Source: an uncultured Candidatus Saccharibacteria bacterium (lineage in GTDB: Bacteria > Patescibacteriota > Minisyncoccia > Phycocordibacterales > PALSA-1337). From it: a stretch of DNA of 64,000 nt. A program made the position numbers and the translations under genes. Positions within the stretch are counted from its first letter, which is position 1. Each line of letters opens with the position of its first letter. Positions 47,271-56,925 of the stretch are shown here, one piece after another. Location: the NCBI GenBank assembly GCA_964470105.1, contig CAYXZI010000004.1:5271-69270 (forward strand). Reading direction: 5' to 3'. Below the pieces are notes generated by a model. That model searched no databases, was not told where the DNA came from, and saw only the letters and a list, made by a program, of their open reading frames with translations.

Positions 47271-48629
47271 TCAATGCCTATACTCTATACTAATCTTATC
47301 CTCTGAGCTTGGAAAGGTTCTAAGCCAAAATGGGGTTATTAATGCATATGCATTAGCTATAGATGGGTACTTAGCAAAAACAGCTGAACTATCCTTTAAT
47401 TTTATACTCTTGAGTTCATTTTTTAGCTTCTTTTCTGATATTGTACCGGTTATAGATATTGGTCCCTTTAGTGTAAATATTAGTGGTGTACCTTTCTTTG
47501 CTGAGAAATCTTTAGAATTAGATATTCCGAATGTAAGTTCTCTATCCCCTTCGATTGAATATGTATCTGATGGGAATTTTCTAATTTCCTTGCCCGCTAT
47601 ACTCTTTATTAGTTGTTCATCATTAAATACCGCTCCGTATATTGTGCCCTTAATTACTATCTCCGCTTCTGAAGTTGTTTTCATTACTGGCTCAGGAAAA
47701 CTGAAGTCAAAAGTGTATGAATCTTTATATAGTATCGTATTAGGGGTTAATACATTTGTGAGTTTCTCAACTAATTGAGTCTTTAGCTTTTCCTGCATAC
47801 TTTTTATTGTTTCAGCCTTTACTACAGGATCAATTGTCATCTTGTTTCCAGAGTATCCGCCAGATAGATCAGTCTTTAGACGAGCATAGAAACCGGCATA
47901 CTTCGGTGTTCCCTGATATCCAGGTAGTTTAAGATCGGTTTTTAAGTCTGCTACCTTTATATTGTACTTATCTCCAACCTGATCAGCTACTATATTTACA
48001 GCTATACTACCTGCACTAGTCTTTTTACCAGGAACAACTACAGTTGAAGATGTTCTATACACAAGTCCGTCTGAAGTAGCTAACCTAGTACCAGCAACAA
48101 GGGTTTGAGATGAGGCACTATAGTTATTGTATACAATCGCTGTACCTTTTGCCTTTGTCTGAACGAGCGCACCCTTTACAGCAGCTATACTCTGCTTAAC
48201 TTCATCAGTCGCAGTTACTACATCATAGGTGAAATCATCAGTCATGTTACTAGGACCGACTTTTTTAGCTGTAAATGTTCCATTGACATCAAAATTTGTA
48301 ACTTTTGGAGTTATGGTAACAACAGCCTTAGAATATGAAAGCGACAAGGCGATGCCGATGATCAGAATAGATACAAGAGTAATACCAAAAGCTATTAGAG
48401 TTTTTTTACCAGGTTTAGAGTTATTTACTGGTTTATTTTTTCTACTTTGTATCTTTTCTATTATCTCCTCTTCTACTATTTCATCTACTTCTTCTATAGG
48501 TTGAACGATCTTTCTTCTAGTAGTAGTTTTAGGACTTGTTTTTGGATCCTCATCACGCTCAATAGTAATCTTACGTATTGAACGTCTTTCACCAGGGACT
48601 ATATCTTGTACTACTTTTTTTATGGCCAT
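47271..48629 (-). CDS. Hypothetical membrane-anchored protein
   Basis: 452 aa: charged N-terminal region, one TM helix (LIAFGITLVSILIIGIALSL), and a large extracytoplasmic domain. It sits where secY-adk-map would normally precede infA. Confidence 0.45.
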   Translation of the reverse strand: MAIKKVVQDIVPGERRSIRKITIERDEDPKTSPKTTTRRKIVQPIEEVDEIVEEEIIEKIQSRKNKPVNNSKPGKKTLIAFGITLVSILIIGIALSLSYSKAVVTITPKVTNFDVNGTFTAKKVGPSNMTDDFTYDVVTATDEVKQSIAAVKGALVQTKAKGTAIVYNNYSASSQTLVAGTRLATSDGLVYRTSSTVVVPGKKTSAGSIAVNIVADQVGDKYNIKVADLKTDLKLPGYQGTPKYAGFYARLKTDLSGGYSGNKMTIDPVVKAETIKSMQEKLKTQLVEKLTNVLTPNTILYKDSYTFDFSFPEPVMKTTSEAEIVIKGTIYGAVFNDEQLIKSIAGKEIRKFPSDTYSIEGDRELTFGISNSKDFSAKKGTPLIFTLKGPISITGTISEKKLKNELKSIKLKDSSAVFAKYPSIANAYALITPFWLRTFPSSEDKISIEYRH

Positions 48630-48644
48630 ACAAATTTAAGATTA

Positions 48645-49757
48645 TTATAACATATTGTTTAAGGCAAATGTGTATATCTTCATCATATTACTTTCTGCTG
48701 AGCCTTTACCATATACAACCTTATCACCAATATCAATTGAATCATACTGATTTATACTAAAATTTATCTGATTAATTGAAAGTGCACTTTTAAACAGGTC
48801 GAAGTGGCTATGTGCGGAAAGATATACAGTTCTCGGTATACTGGTTATATCAAGACTGTTCTTAATTGAATTTATACAATCACTACTCCATTTATTCATA
48901 AGCGGTGTAGTAATCTTATCTATACGTCCCATCTCTACCTCACTCAGTTTGTGTCCTTGATAAAGAGAGAGTATTGAATCGCTAGTATCCATATTCTCTT
49001 TATTGCTATTAGCTATTTTTTTTAACAAAGTTGATATTCCAAAAGGAAGTGTGGCGATATGTCTACACAATCCTTCCTTTATAACTATCATATCAGTCAA
49101 TTCTCTATGTATATGTATATAGATAAATTCATTCTTATCCTTAAGAATTTCTCTCAAGGCTGAATATTGTAGTAATAGTCCAGAATGGAATGAATGCTCT
49201 TTGTAGTTAAGGTATTTCGAAAGATGCACTTTAAGTTTTTCTATGAAAATAGATGGTGAAAAAGAGGTTGATATTGATAGTTCAAGTATATGTGCATACT
49301 TATCCTCAACATCTAGAGTGGGATACCCATTCAATCTTATTTCAAATACTTTTTGCTCAATCGGAAATATATCATTTTTCTTATTATCATTATTTAGCTC
49401 TCCTTTGATAATTTCAGACATAAGGGTAGATGTGACTTTGGTTTCAGATTCAAACTTAACCTGGACAGTCTTTAGTTTTGTATTTATCCAAGGCATGGAT
49501 AGTATTACCCTTATATTTCCAATCTTTCTATTACCAACATCTTTTGATATATGCTCCAAAACATCAGATATGAGTTTAAAAGTCTTCTTATTTAAATGCT
49601 CAAGATTTACTATCTCTGTTTTATTACTAAAAGACTTAGTGACAACAGAAAGTATTTGATTACCTCCATAGACTACAGATGCTCTAACTAGCCCACTTTG
49701 AATGTCTAGAATGACATCAAGAACTTTGTTTCTTCCATTAGAAAAAAGCTTAAACAT
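48645..49757 (-). CDS. Actin-fold (FtsA/PilM-like) protein with degenerate ATP-binding motifs
   Basis: VLDVILDIQSGLVRASVV resembles the PilM/FtsA phosphate-1 motif, and IHIHRELTDMIVIKEG resembles phosphate-2. Both lack the usual glycines. Confidence 0.35.
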   Translation of the reverse strand: MFKLFSNGRNKVLDVILDIQSGLVRASVVYGGNQILSVVTKSFSNKTEIVNLEHLNKKTFKLISDVLEHISKDVGNRKIGNIRVILSMPWINTKLKTVQVKFESETKVTSTLMSEIIKGELNNDNKKNDIFPIEQKVFEIRLNGYPTLDVEDKYAHILELSISTSFSPSIFIEKLKVHLSKYLNYKEHSFHSGLLLQYSALREILKDKNEFIYIHIHRELTDMIVIKEGLCRHIATLPFGISTLLKKIANSNKENMDTSDSILSLYQGHKLSEVEMGRIDKITTPLMNKWSSDCINSIKNSLDITSIPRTVYLSAHSHFDLFKSALSINQINFSINQYDSIDIGDKVVYGKGSAESNMMKIYTFALNNML

Positions 49758-49782
49758 AATGCGAATATTATACCATGCAATA

Positions 49783-51558
49783 TTAAATCAAAATAGCTTT
49801 TATTCTTCTAACACCTTGAGATGAAGCTTCTTCCTTTTGAATTTTAAATACGCCTAGCTCATTAGTATTCTTTACATGTGGACCTCCGCAGAACTCCTTT
49901 GAATATGCTGATTTAAGATCATTACCGATATAGTATATTGAAATTGTATCTCCATACTTTTCACCAAAGAAATGTCTCGCGCCTGTTTTTTCTGCCTCTG
50001 CCTTTGGTAGACTTATATTTTGTACAGGTAGTGCTTGTTTAATCTTCTCATTAACAATATCTTCTACTTTCTTCTTCTCTTCATCTGTCATTTTCTTATC
50101 GTAAGAGAAATCAAAACGTAGTCTCTCTGGAGTTATATTTGAACCCTTCTGACCCACACCCTCTCCAAGAACATCATGTAATGCTTGATGGAGTAGGTGT
50201 GTAGCAGTATGATATCTTACTGACATTTCACTTGTATCAGCAAGACCTCCTTTAAACTTTTGTTCAGCTCCGGAACGGGATAGGTCCTGATGCTTTTTAA
50301 ATTCTTGGTTAAATTTCTCTATATCAACCTTAATTCCCTTTTCCTTTGCAAGCTCTAGAGTCAATTCAAGTGGAAAACCGTAACTTGAAAAAAGTGTAAA
50401 AGCATCTACTCCTTTCTCAAATTCCCTTAATCCCTTTTCTAGAGTTTTTCTGAACTTTTCTTCTTCCTGATTAATTTCATGTTGAATATGATCTAAATTA
50501 GATCCGATGACTGGATATGAATCTCTATACACACCAGCAACGACAACAGCAAGATCCTTCAAACTGTATTCTTTCAATCCTAAATGCTGTGCATTCATAA
50601 TTGCACGCCTCAAAAGACGTCTTAGGATATATCCTCTGTCAGTGTTTGAAGGAAGAACACCATCTGCAATTAAAAAAACAGAGGAACGGATGTGATCAGC
50701 AATTATTCTTGCTGATTTTAGATCCCATTTACTAGATTTACTCTTTATTTCATCCATCAATGGTTTGAGTAGGTCAGTATCGTATATATTATCAACACCT
50801 TGTAAGGTCATAGTGAGTCTTTCTAGCCCTGCTCCGGTATCAACAGATGGTTTTGGTAATTTACCAACTATCTTTCCATCCCTCTTCTCATACTGCATAA
50901 ATACATCATTCCAGACCTCCACCACATGTCTTACATCATCAGCCTTTACATATTCATCATGAGTAAGACCTCTACCGCCATAGGTATTTGATACATCATA
51001 AAACATTTCAGTATCTGGACCGCATGGACCATTATCTCCTGCTTCCCACCAGTTATTCTTTGCGGGTAAATAGAAAATCCTATTACCCTCTATATTATTC
51101 TTCTTAAAAATCTCCTTCCAAATATCCGCAGCTTCCTCATCTCTAGGAGCATTCTCATCACCTTCAAATACAGTTACATATAGGCGTCTAGGATCAAGAC
51201 CGAGTCCTTCAGTTTTTGATGTAAGAAATTCATAACTCCAATTTATTGCATCTGTTTTGAAATAGTCGCCAAGGGACCAGTTACCGAGCATTTCAAAAAA
51301 TGTGGCATGTGTTTTATCCCCAATATCATCAATATCAACAGTACGTAAAACCTTTTGTGAATCAACTAATCTCTTGCCCTTTGGATGTTCTTTTCCGAGA
51401 AGATACGGCACTAGAGGCTGCATGCCTGCGGTATTAAAGAGTGTGGAATTAGTCACACCCTTTTCATCTGGAGTTACTAGAGAAGCAGAAGGGATTATAA
51501 CGTGCCCTCTTTTCTCAAAAAAATTAAGGAATTTACTACGTATTTCACTTGATGTCAT
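49783..51558 (-). CDS. alaS: Alanyl-tRNA synthetase, short form without the C-terminal domain
   Basis: N-terminal class II catalytic core (GMQPLVPYLLG) and editing-domain motifs HTATHLL...CGGPHV. At 591 aa it is about 280 aa shorter than canonical AlaRS. Confidence 0.85.
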   Translation of the reverse strand: MTSSEIRSKFLNFFEKRGHVIIPSASLVTPDEKGVTNSTLFNTAGMQPLVPYLLGKEHPKGKRLVDSQKVLRTVDIDDIGDKTHATFFEMLGNWSLGDYFKTDAINWSYEFLTSKTEGLGLDPRRLYVTVFEGDENAPRDEEAADIWKEIFKKNNIEGNRIFYLPAKNNWWEAGDNGPCGPDTEMFYDVSNTYGGRGLTHDEYVKADDVRHVVEVWNDVFMQYEKRDGKIVGKLPKPSVDTGAGLERLTMTLQGVDNIYDTDLLKPLMDEIKSKSSKWDLKSARIIADHIRSSVFLIADGVLPSNTDRGYILRRLLRRAIMNAQHLGLKEYSLKDLAVVVAGVYRDSYPVIGSNLDHIQHEINQEEEKFRKTLEKGLREFEKGVDAFTLFSSYGFPLELTLELAKEKGIKVDIEKFNQEFKKHQDLSRSGAEQKFKGGLADTSEMSVRYHTATHLLHQALHDVLGEGVGQKGSNITPERLRFDFSYDKKMTDEEKKKVEDIVNEKIKQALPVQNISLPKAEAEKTGARHFFGEKYGDTISIYYIGNDLKSAYSKEFCGGPHVKNTNELGVFKIQKEEASSQGVRRIKAILI

Positions 51559-51603
51559 GACAGGAGTTTAGCATAAAATACATTAAATATTAAGTACGAA
51601 GAA

Positions 51604-51626
51604 GCGGGTGTGCAAAGCACACCCGC
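51604..51626 (-). terminator. Minus-strand hairpin GCGGGTGTGC-AAA-GCACACCCGC
   Basis: 10-bp GC stem lying 12 nt after the stop of the 51638..51823 ORF, followed in that orientation by TTCTTCGTACTT. Confidence 0.4.
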
Positions 51627-51637
51627 CCATCTCTTCT

Positions 51638-51823
51638 TCAGAGTTCCTCTAGGGATGGATCTCCAAATGGATCTCCTCTAGTGGTGATTGCAAGCAGCAA
51701 CACAATTGCCACTACTACCACCACCGATACGAGAAGCGTTAGGCCCTCAAGCATCGCCTTCATGTATCCTTTGGTTGCGGAGTCGAGCTCCTGGTTGACT
51801 AAGAGGTCGATTCCCGCAGCCAA
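51638..51823 (-). CDS. Small single-TM protein (GC-rich); start uncertain (TTG at 51823 or internal ATG)
   Basis: LTLLVSVVVVVAIVLLLAITT TM helix. Consensus promoter TTGACT-17-TAGTAT at 51837-51865 on the minus strand. Confidence 0.3.
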   Translation of the reverse strand: MAAGIDLLVNQELDSATKGYMKAMLEGLTLLVSVVVVVAIVLLLAITTRGDPFGDPSLEEL

Positions 51824-51865
51824 TTTTCTAAAATAAATACTACGACTATTTTATATATTAGTCAA

Positions 51866-53668
51866 TTATTTGTTTTTCAATATCCACTTCCTGTACTTCT
51901 CTTCCATATCTTCAAAACTCTTTTTATTAGTAGCTACTACTTGCTTACCATGAACTAGCATGATCTTTGCATTTAGTTTTACTGGTTTTGTATACAATGG
52001 TACCTTAGATAACTTTCGGATTCTCTCTTTTGCCACCCTAAGCATTTCATCCATAGATCTAGTGATATTTCTAATGTATGCATCTGGTTTTAATTCTTTT
52101 TTAGTAGCGATTTTTACAAATTCTCTTGTTGTATACAGCGAACCAAGTTCCCAAACCTTAATCATTTCCTTTCCAACCTTTGGGTTATCTACTATATATC
52201 CATACTTATCAAAAAAATATTCTCTCCATTGATTAAGCGCTAATTCAGCTATACCGTAGCCATGATAGTATGCGGAGCTTTCCCAAGTATATATATGTGG
52301 AACATTCAATATTGATATTGAATCCTCTGACCTATCAAAATATTTACGATTCACATCTTTAGCTGTTTCTATGACAAACTCCTTTGTTAGATTTTTACAT
52401 TCATATATCCTTCTTTCAAACTCCATAACAAAATTAATATGCATCATATCCAAACAAATAAGTGGATGTGTTGCCTTTAACTTTCTTTCAAAAAGTTCAA
52501 ATGGATATGCATTACCCTCCTTATCCTTGGCGTACCTCATTTTCCATTCAATACTACTTGAAATTGTATCCATAAATTGACTATGTGTTTCCGCCCACGA
52601 TACAGAAGCTGGAGGATATTCTGTATTCAAACATGAATCTTTTTGAATTGAGTTTAATCTATCTGCAGCATGTCCTGCTTCATGAAAGACAGTATCAATA
52701 CCATCAACACCAGAACCAATTTGTGATGGAATAGCGGTAGAAGTAAATCCAGCAGAGCCAGGAAGAAAATTACCCTTTGTATCATATCTTACAAGTTCTG
52801 GGTAGTGACAGAAACCATTATCCCACTTACCTTTGCGATCAAGAAGATCAAGCTTCAAAGTACCTCCTCTGTACCCTATACCCAAAGCCGAAAAAGATCT
52901 TCCCCAAAGAGATATAACATTTTCAAATTGGAAATACTTATCCTCCTCTTTTGTAAAATCTCCAGTCATCATGTATCCAAAGTTCCATGGCTTTCTTAAT
53001 CCAGGTTTTTCCTTTTCCAATTCTCTAATATTCTTGAAACCGTATTTTGTCTTTTCATATATCAGATCGAAGACTTTAAACAATTCTTCCTTTGTCATTC
53101 CCTCGTCCAGCTTTGCTTTATACGCATAAAAATCCTCAAAACCTAGAATATTTGCATATTGATTTCTTAGCTTAATCACCTCTATATATGTATCAATCGT
53201 ATCAAGAGGAAGTTTCTCTAGAGCATCAAAACACGCTTTTCTGATAGCTTCATCTGGGTTAGTACGCATCAATGTCCTCATCTTGTTTCTAGACGCTTCG
53301 ACAAATATATTAGTATTTGGATCTATATATCCCTCTTTCCTACTACTATGTGCTTTTAAAATCTTTTCTTCTAGAATTGCAATTTGTTTACGAACAGGAA
53401 TCGCTTCATCTGGTGTTTGATACAAGCCAAAAAACTTATCCCATATCTGTAACCTTCTTTTCTCTTCTCCTTTACTCACAAGTATTGCTTTCTCTACTTT
53501 TTCCTTTAGTTTTTTGTTAGAACGAAAGGCATCACGTTTTTCTAGTGCAGCATTCATTTTCTTTCCATCTTTCACAATACCCATATACTTATCCCAAAAG
53601 GCCTTCTCGTAGTTTGAGTGAAGTTTGTTGTGAGTAGAGTTAAGTGAATTAATTAATTTATTCCGCAT
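51866..53668 (-). CDS. M3-family oligoendopeptidase (PepF-like)
   Basis: 600 aa with an HEAGHA zinc-binding HExxH motif in the expected C-terminal half. Confidence 0.6.
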   Translation of the reverse strand: MRNKLINSLNSTHNKLHSNYEKAFWDKYMGIVKDGKKMNAALEKRDAFRSNKKLKEKVEKAILVSKGEEKRRLQIWDKFFGLYQTPDEAIPVRKQIAILEEKILKAHSSRKEGYIDPNTNIFVEASRNKMRTLMRTNPDEAIRKACFDALEKLPLDTIDTYIEVIKLRNQYANILGFEDFYAYKAKLDEGMTKEELFKVFDLIYEKTKYGFKNIRELEKEKPGLRKPWNFGYMMTGDFTKEEDKYFQFENVISLWGRSFSALGIGYRGGTLKLDLLDRKGKWDNGFCHYPELVRYDTKGNFLPGSAGFTSTAIPSQIGSGVDGIDTVFHEAGHAADRLNSIQKDSCLNTEYPPASVSWAETHSQFMDTISSSIEWKMRYAKDKEGNAYPFELFERKLKATHPLICLDMMHINFVMEFERRIYECKNLTKEFVIETAKDVNRKYFDRSEDSISILNVPHIYTWESSAYYHGYGIAELALNQWREYFFDKYGYIVDNPKVGKEMIKVWELGSLYTTREFVKIATKKELKPDAYIRNITRSMDEMLRVAKERIRKLSKVPLYTKPVKLNAKIMLVHGKQVVATNKKSFEDMEEKYRKWILKNK

Positions 53669-54495
53669 ACAGTCTTGATTTCAGCCAGCACCTCGTCCTT
53701 TTCTTTCTGATTCATACCAATCTCATCTAATATCTTTGCATTATTATATATATCAGTACAAAGCACAATGCCCTTCTTTAATAGCTCCTTTTTATGAGAA
53801 TTGGAAAGAGATATTAAACACGTAAATGGATGAAGGTGTAGTTCTTCAATTATATCTTGTAAATTACCTTTATGAGGATAGTTCCAGCCTAGCATTTTAA
53901 TACCGTTGCACTCACCATAGCGTATTGCTTGATCAGTGAACTTTGTATTAGTAATTAACCAACCCTCATCCAGTTTTCTAACTACTCCGCCGTAATTAAA
54001 CATATTTCCCCGTAGATCATCAAATCTAGCTTTTATATATAGCGCTACTTTCAGATCAGATTTCAAAGCGAGCTCATTATGGAACTTAGCTTCAACCATC
54101 ATTAGTTTGTCTTTGTTCCAAGCAACCACATCAACTTCATGTGGCACACAAACACCTAATACAGTCTGATCAGTTAATGTCTCATAGCCCCAAGATTGAA
54201 ATATCTTGGCAACATATTTTTCAAAAGGAAATCCGTCTGGACCAAGTTCGGAGAGTGCTCTACGCAAAGAGTATTTGATAGCGACTGGCATAGAGTGACT
54301 ACGAAGTAGCTTAAATGCCCTTGAATATATTTCACTAGTCGGCATACCATCGTACATTTCCTTGGCTACGTGCTCTATGATGTCATCAATAATTTCATCA
54401 CTACCACCAGCGTTTTTAAGGGAATCAACTAGCTTTTGTTCTTCGAATAGCTCTTTTGTTCCATCGGCTTTAGTTATGGTTATGAGGTGGTTCAT
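53653..54495 (-). CDS. ATP-cone domain protein with a C-terminal Mrr-like restriction-endonuclease fold domain
   Basis: N-terminal ITITKADGTKELFEEQKLVDSL resembles an ATP cone. The central FEKYVAKIFQSWGYETL...DVVAWNKDKLMMVEAKF matches the Mrr_cat pattern (E...GY...D.VA...V.AK). Confidence 0.55.
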   Translation of the reverse strand: MNHLITITKADGTKELFEEQKLVDSLKNAGGSDEIIDDIIEHVAKEMYDGMPTSEIYSRAFKLLRSHSMPVAIKYSLRRALSELGPDGFPFEKYVAKIFQSWGYETLTDQTVLGVCVPHEVDVVAWNKDKLMMVEAKFHNELALKSDLKVALYIKARFDDLRGNMFNYGGVVRKLDEGWLITNTKFTDQAIRYGECNGIKMLGWNYPHKGNLQDIIEELHLHPFTCLISLSNSHKKELLKKGIVLCTDIYNNAKILDEIGMNQKEKDEVLAEIKTVCGIN

Positions 54496-54578
54496 GGAAT
54501 TATTATATCAGATGTTTAATTAACGAAAAACCCCACCGTAGGGTGGGGCAATTGCTTTCTGCTAACTTGTTGTTGATG

Positions 54579-54866
54579 CTAGTTGATCAACCTACCGTAG
54601 AAGTTTCTCCTTGATATCGGAGTCACTCCAAGATCATATTGTTCTTCCACGACCACAAGATGATCTCGTATCATGAGATCAAGAATCCTTCGCAGCTGGA
54701 AATCGAAAACGTAAATATGACTGTTGCGAAGACTTCTTTGGATGTCACTTAGCCTGTATCGGCGACCGTCCTTCATAAATCTTAGGATATGGTTTCCAGC
54801 GCATTGCTGCATCCATATTGAATACATGACAATTCCGAGCGGAATCAGAAAGATAAAAGTTTTCAT
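54579..54866 (-). CDS. Small membrane-anchored winged-helix-like protein
   Basis: N-terminal TM helix followed by an about 65-aa wHTH-like region. Paralogous to the adjacent 54880 gene. Confidence 0.35.
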   Translation of the reverse strand: MKTFIFLIPLGIVMYSIWMQQCAGNHILRFMKDGRRYRLSDIQRSLRNSHIYVFDFQLRRILDLMIRDHLVVVEEQYDLGVTPISRRNFYGRLIN

Positions 54867-54879
54867 CTTATCAAAGCTG

Positions 54880-55179
54880 TTATAGCGTGAGTCGCCACTT
54901 TTGAATTGGTTGATTGAGTCCGTAGCATGGATCTAGTGTACGTGCTATTTCCCCATGCTTAACCATCTCCCGGATAACTGAGTACAATGTACAGTCAGTT
55001 ACTGTAATACCGCGCTGTGAGAGTTCAATCCTAATCTCCATCACACCCATCGTCTCGACTGGAGACAGGACGAGCTTAACAAAGTGCTTCAGATTCTCCT
55101 TTTTTCGTTGTCTCTCAGTACTTACCCACCAAATCAGAACGAGGGAGGTGAAGAATATACCGACTAATTCAACTTTCAT
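54880..55179 (-). CDS. Small membrane-anchored PadR-like winged-helix protein
   Basis: N-terminal TM helix, then LVLSPVETMGVMEIRIELSQRGITVTDCTLYSVIREMVKHGEIAR, which matches a PadR-type wHTH pattern. Confidence 0.4.
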   Translation of the reverse strand: MKVELVGIFFTSLVLIWWVSTERQRKKENLKHFVKLVLSPVETMGVMEIRIELSQRGITVTDCTLYSVIREMVKHGEIARTLDPCYGLNQPIQKWRLTL

Positions 55180-55267
55180 AAGCCCTATATGGTAAACAGC
55201 AGCTTGATTACTGCTATTGATGATTGACGATCATCTACCAACAGACTACACCTATAAGTACTTTTTT

Positions 55268-56305
55268 TCAATCAATAATTCCCCCACCAAGACAAATCTC
55301 TCCATCATAAAATACTAATGACTGTCCAGAAGAAATTGTGTACTGAGGATCTGTAAATACTACTGTCTTCTCATCGACAAACAATATTTCTTGTAGAGTC
55401 TCTCTGTATCGTGCTCGTGCATGTAACTTTTTTCCAATTAATGATTTACCTTGATTCCAATTAATGTCTCTTAGAGTAATTCTAGTAATTCCATTTGGTA
55501 AATTCCCTTCTGCATTTTTGTTAGCCACAGTAATTGTATTTTTTTTAATATCTTTTGAGACGACATAATATGGTTCATCATTGGGAGTCTTTTTTAGAAT
55601 ATTAAATCCATGTCGTTCTCCGATGGTAAAGAAAAAAGCACCATCATGTTCACCAATTGCTTCTCCATTTATATTTAGAACATCTCCTTTCTTTGAATCA
55701 ATGTAGTGGGATAAAAATTCTTTAATATCTATTTTTCCAATGAAACATAGTCCTTGGCTATCTTTCTTCTCTGCATTAGGTAAATTGAACTTTTTAGCTA
55801 ATTTTCTTACCTCTGGTTTCTCAATGTTACCTACGGGGAATATAGTTTTACCCAATTGTTCCTTGTTTAATGTCCAGAGGAAATATGTCTGATCCTTGTT
55901 TTTATCGTTGCCTGCTATGAGCTTTCCATCTATAACTTGAGCATAGTGACCGGTAGCGACAAAGTCTGCTCCTTGTTTCATAGCCCAGTCGTAAAACCCT
56001 CCAAACTTTACGTAACGATTACACATCACATCAGGATTTGGTGTTCTCCCAGCCCTATATTCACTTATCATATAGTCTACTACCTCTTCCTTGTATTCCT
56101 TTTCTAGATCAAGGGTGATAAATGGTATTTCAAGCTTGGCAGCTACTCTCATGGCATCCATTCTGTCTTCCTTCCATGTACAGTTTATCCAATCTGGTTG
56201 CCAGACTTTTATAAATACTCCAGTTACGTCGTACCCCGCTTTTTTAAGCAAAGCAGCAGAAACAGAGCTATCAACTCCACCTGACATACCTATATATACC
56301 TTCAT
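55268..56305 (-). CDS. mnmA: tRNA-specific 2-thiouridylase MnmA
   Basis: KVYIGMSGGVDSSVSAALL PP-loop motif. The long ORF extends to 56374; start placed at MKVYIG. Confidence 0.9.
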   Translation of the reverse strand: MKVYIGMSGGVDSSVSAALLKKAGYDVTGVFIKVWQPDWINCTWKEDRMDAMRVAAKLEIPFITLDLEKEYKEEVVDYMISEYRAGRTPNPDVMCNRYVKFGGFYDWAMKQGADFVATGHYAQVIDGKLIAGNDKNKDQTYFLWTLNKEQLGKTIFPVGNIEKPEVRKLAKKFNLPNAEKKDSQGLCFIGKIDIKEFLSHYIDSKKGDVLNINGEAIGEHDGAFFFTIGERHGFNILKKTPNDEPYYVVSKDIKKNTITVANKNAEGNLPNGITRITLRDINWNQGKSLIGKKLHARARYRETLQEILFVDEKTVVFTDPQYTISSGQSLVFYDGEICLGGGIID

Positions 56306-56326
56306 ATTTCTTGTTTTCAGCATACC

Positions 56327-56355
56327 TTGACTTTTATGTATGTTTAGTATATAAT
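56327..56355 (+). promoter_or_regulatory. Perfect consensus promoter: TTGACT, 17-nt spacer, TATAAT
   Basis: Hexamers at 56327-56332 and 56350-56355, upstream of the GC-rich gene at 56403. Confidence 0.5.
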
Positions 56356-56402
56356 ATATATCGGATTTGAGCAATGGAGCTCATTTCAAACCTAGAATTG
56401 AA

Positions 56403-56867
56403 ATGTACTTAACCGTATCAACGATCTTCGTCATCTCAACCACCGCGATGATCATCACGAGCATCTACCTCGCCATCAAGGCCAGGAGGTGGAGTCTGTT
56501 GGTGACGGTCGTGTTCTGTGCAATCATCATCCCGTTTAGCTTTTACAAAATGGCAAAACGGGTAATGCACTCGGACTCCACAGTCCCAACTATAACATCA
56601 GTGACAAACGGACTCTACCAAGTCCTTGGCACATACGAGGATGCCGGTGGATACCTCAGCATAGTCCACCGTAGGCAAATCCAATCCGTCATTGTTGAGA
56701 AGAAGTTGGTTGAAACAATACCAGCTGATCCGCTTCCGACATTGATGAGAACGGAATTCCCTGTCACGTCCGGCACGAATGTTCTGGACAACTACCTCAT
56801 CGAGGTAGGCACTGACAAGAGCGCACCATTCGTGCGCGACTACACGCCATTCAAGTATTTCAAATAG
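56403..56867 (+). CDS. Hypothetical protein with two N-terminal TM helices (GC-rich gene)
   Basis: 154 aa from MYLTVS; the ORF track gives a TTG start at 56367. About 50% GC. Tandem hairpin terminator at 56880-56930. Confidence 0.45.
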   Translation: MYLTVSTIFVISTTAMIITSIYLAIKARRWSLLVTVVFCAIIIPFSFYKMAKRVMHSDSTVPTITSVTNGLYQVLGTYEDAGGYLSIVHRRQIQSVIVEKKLVETIPADPLPTLMRTEFPVTSGTNVLDNYLIEVGTDKSAPFVRDYTPFKYFK

Positions 56868-56925
56868 GGACCCTCGTGGTCCCCCCAACACAAACCAGCC
56901 CGCCCCATAAAGGCGGGCAAGTTTT

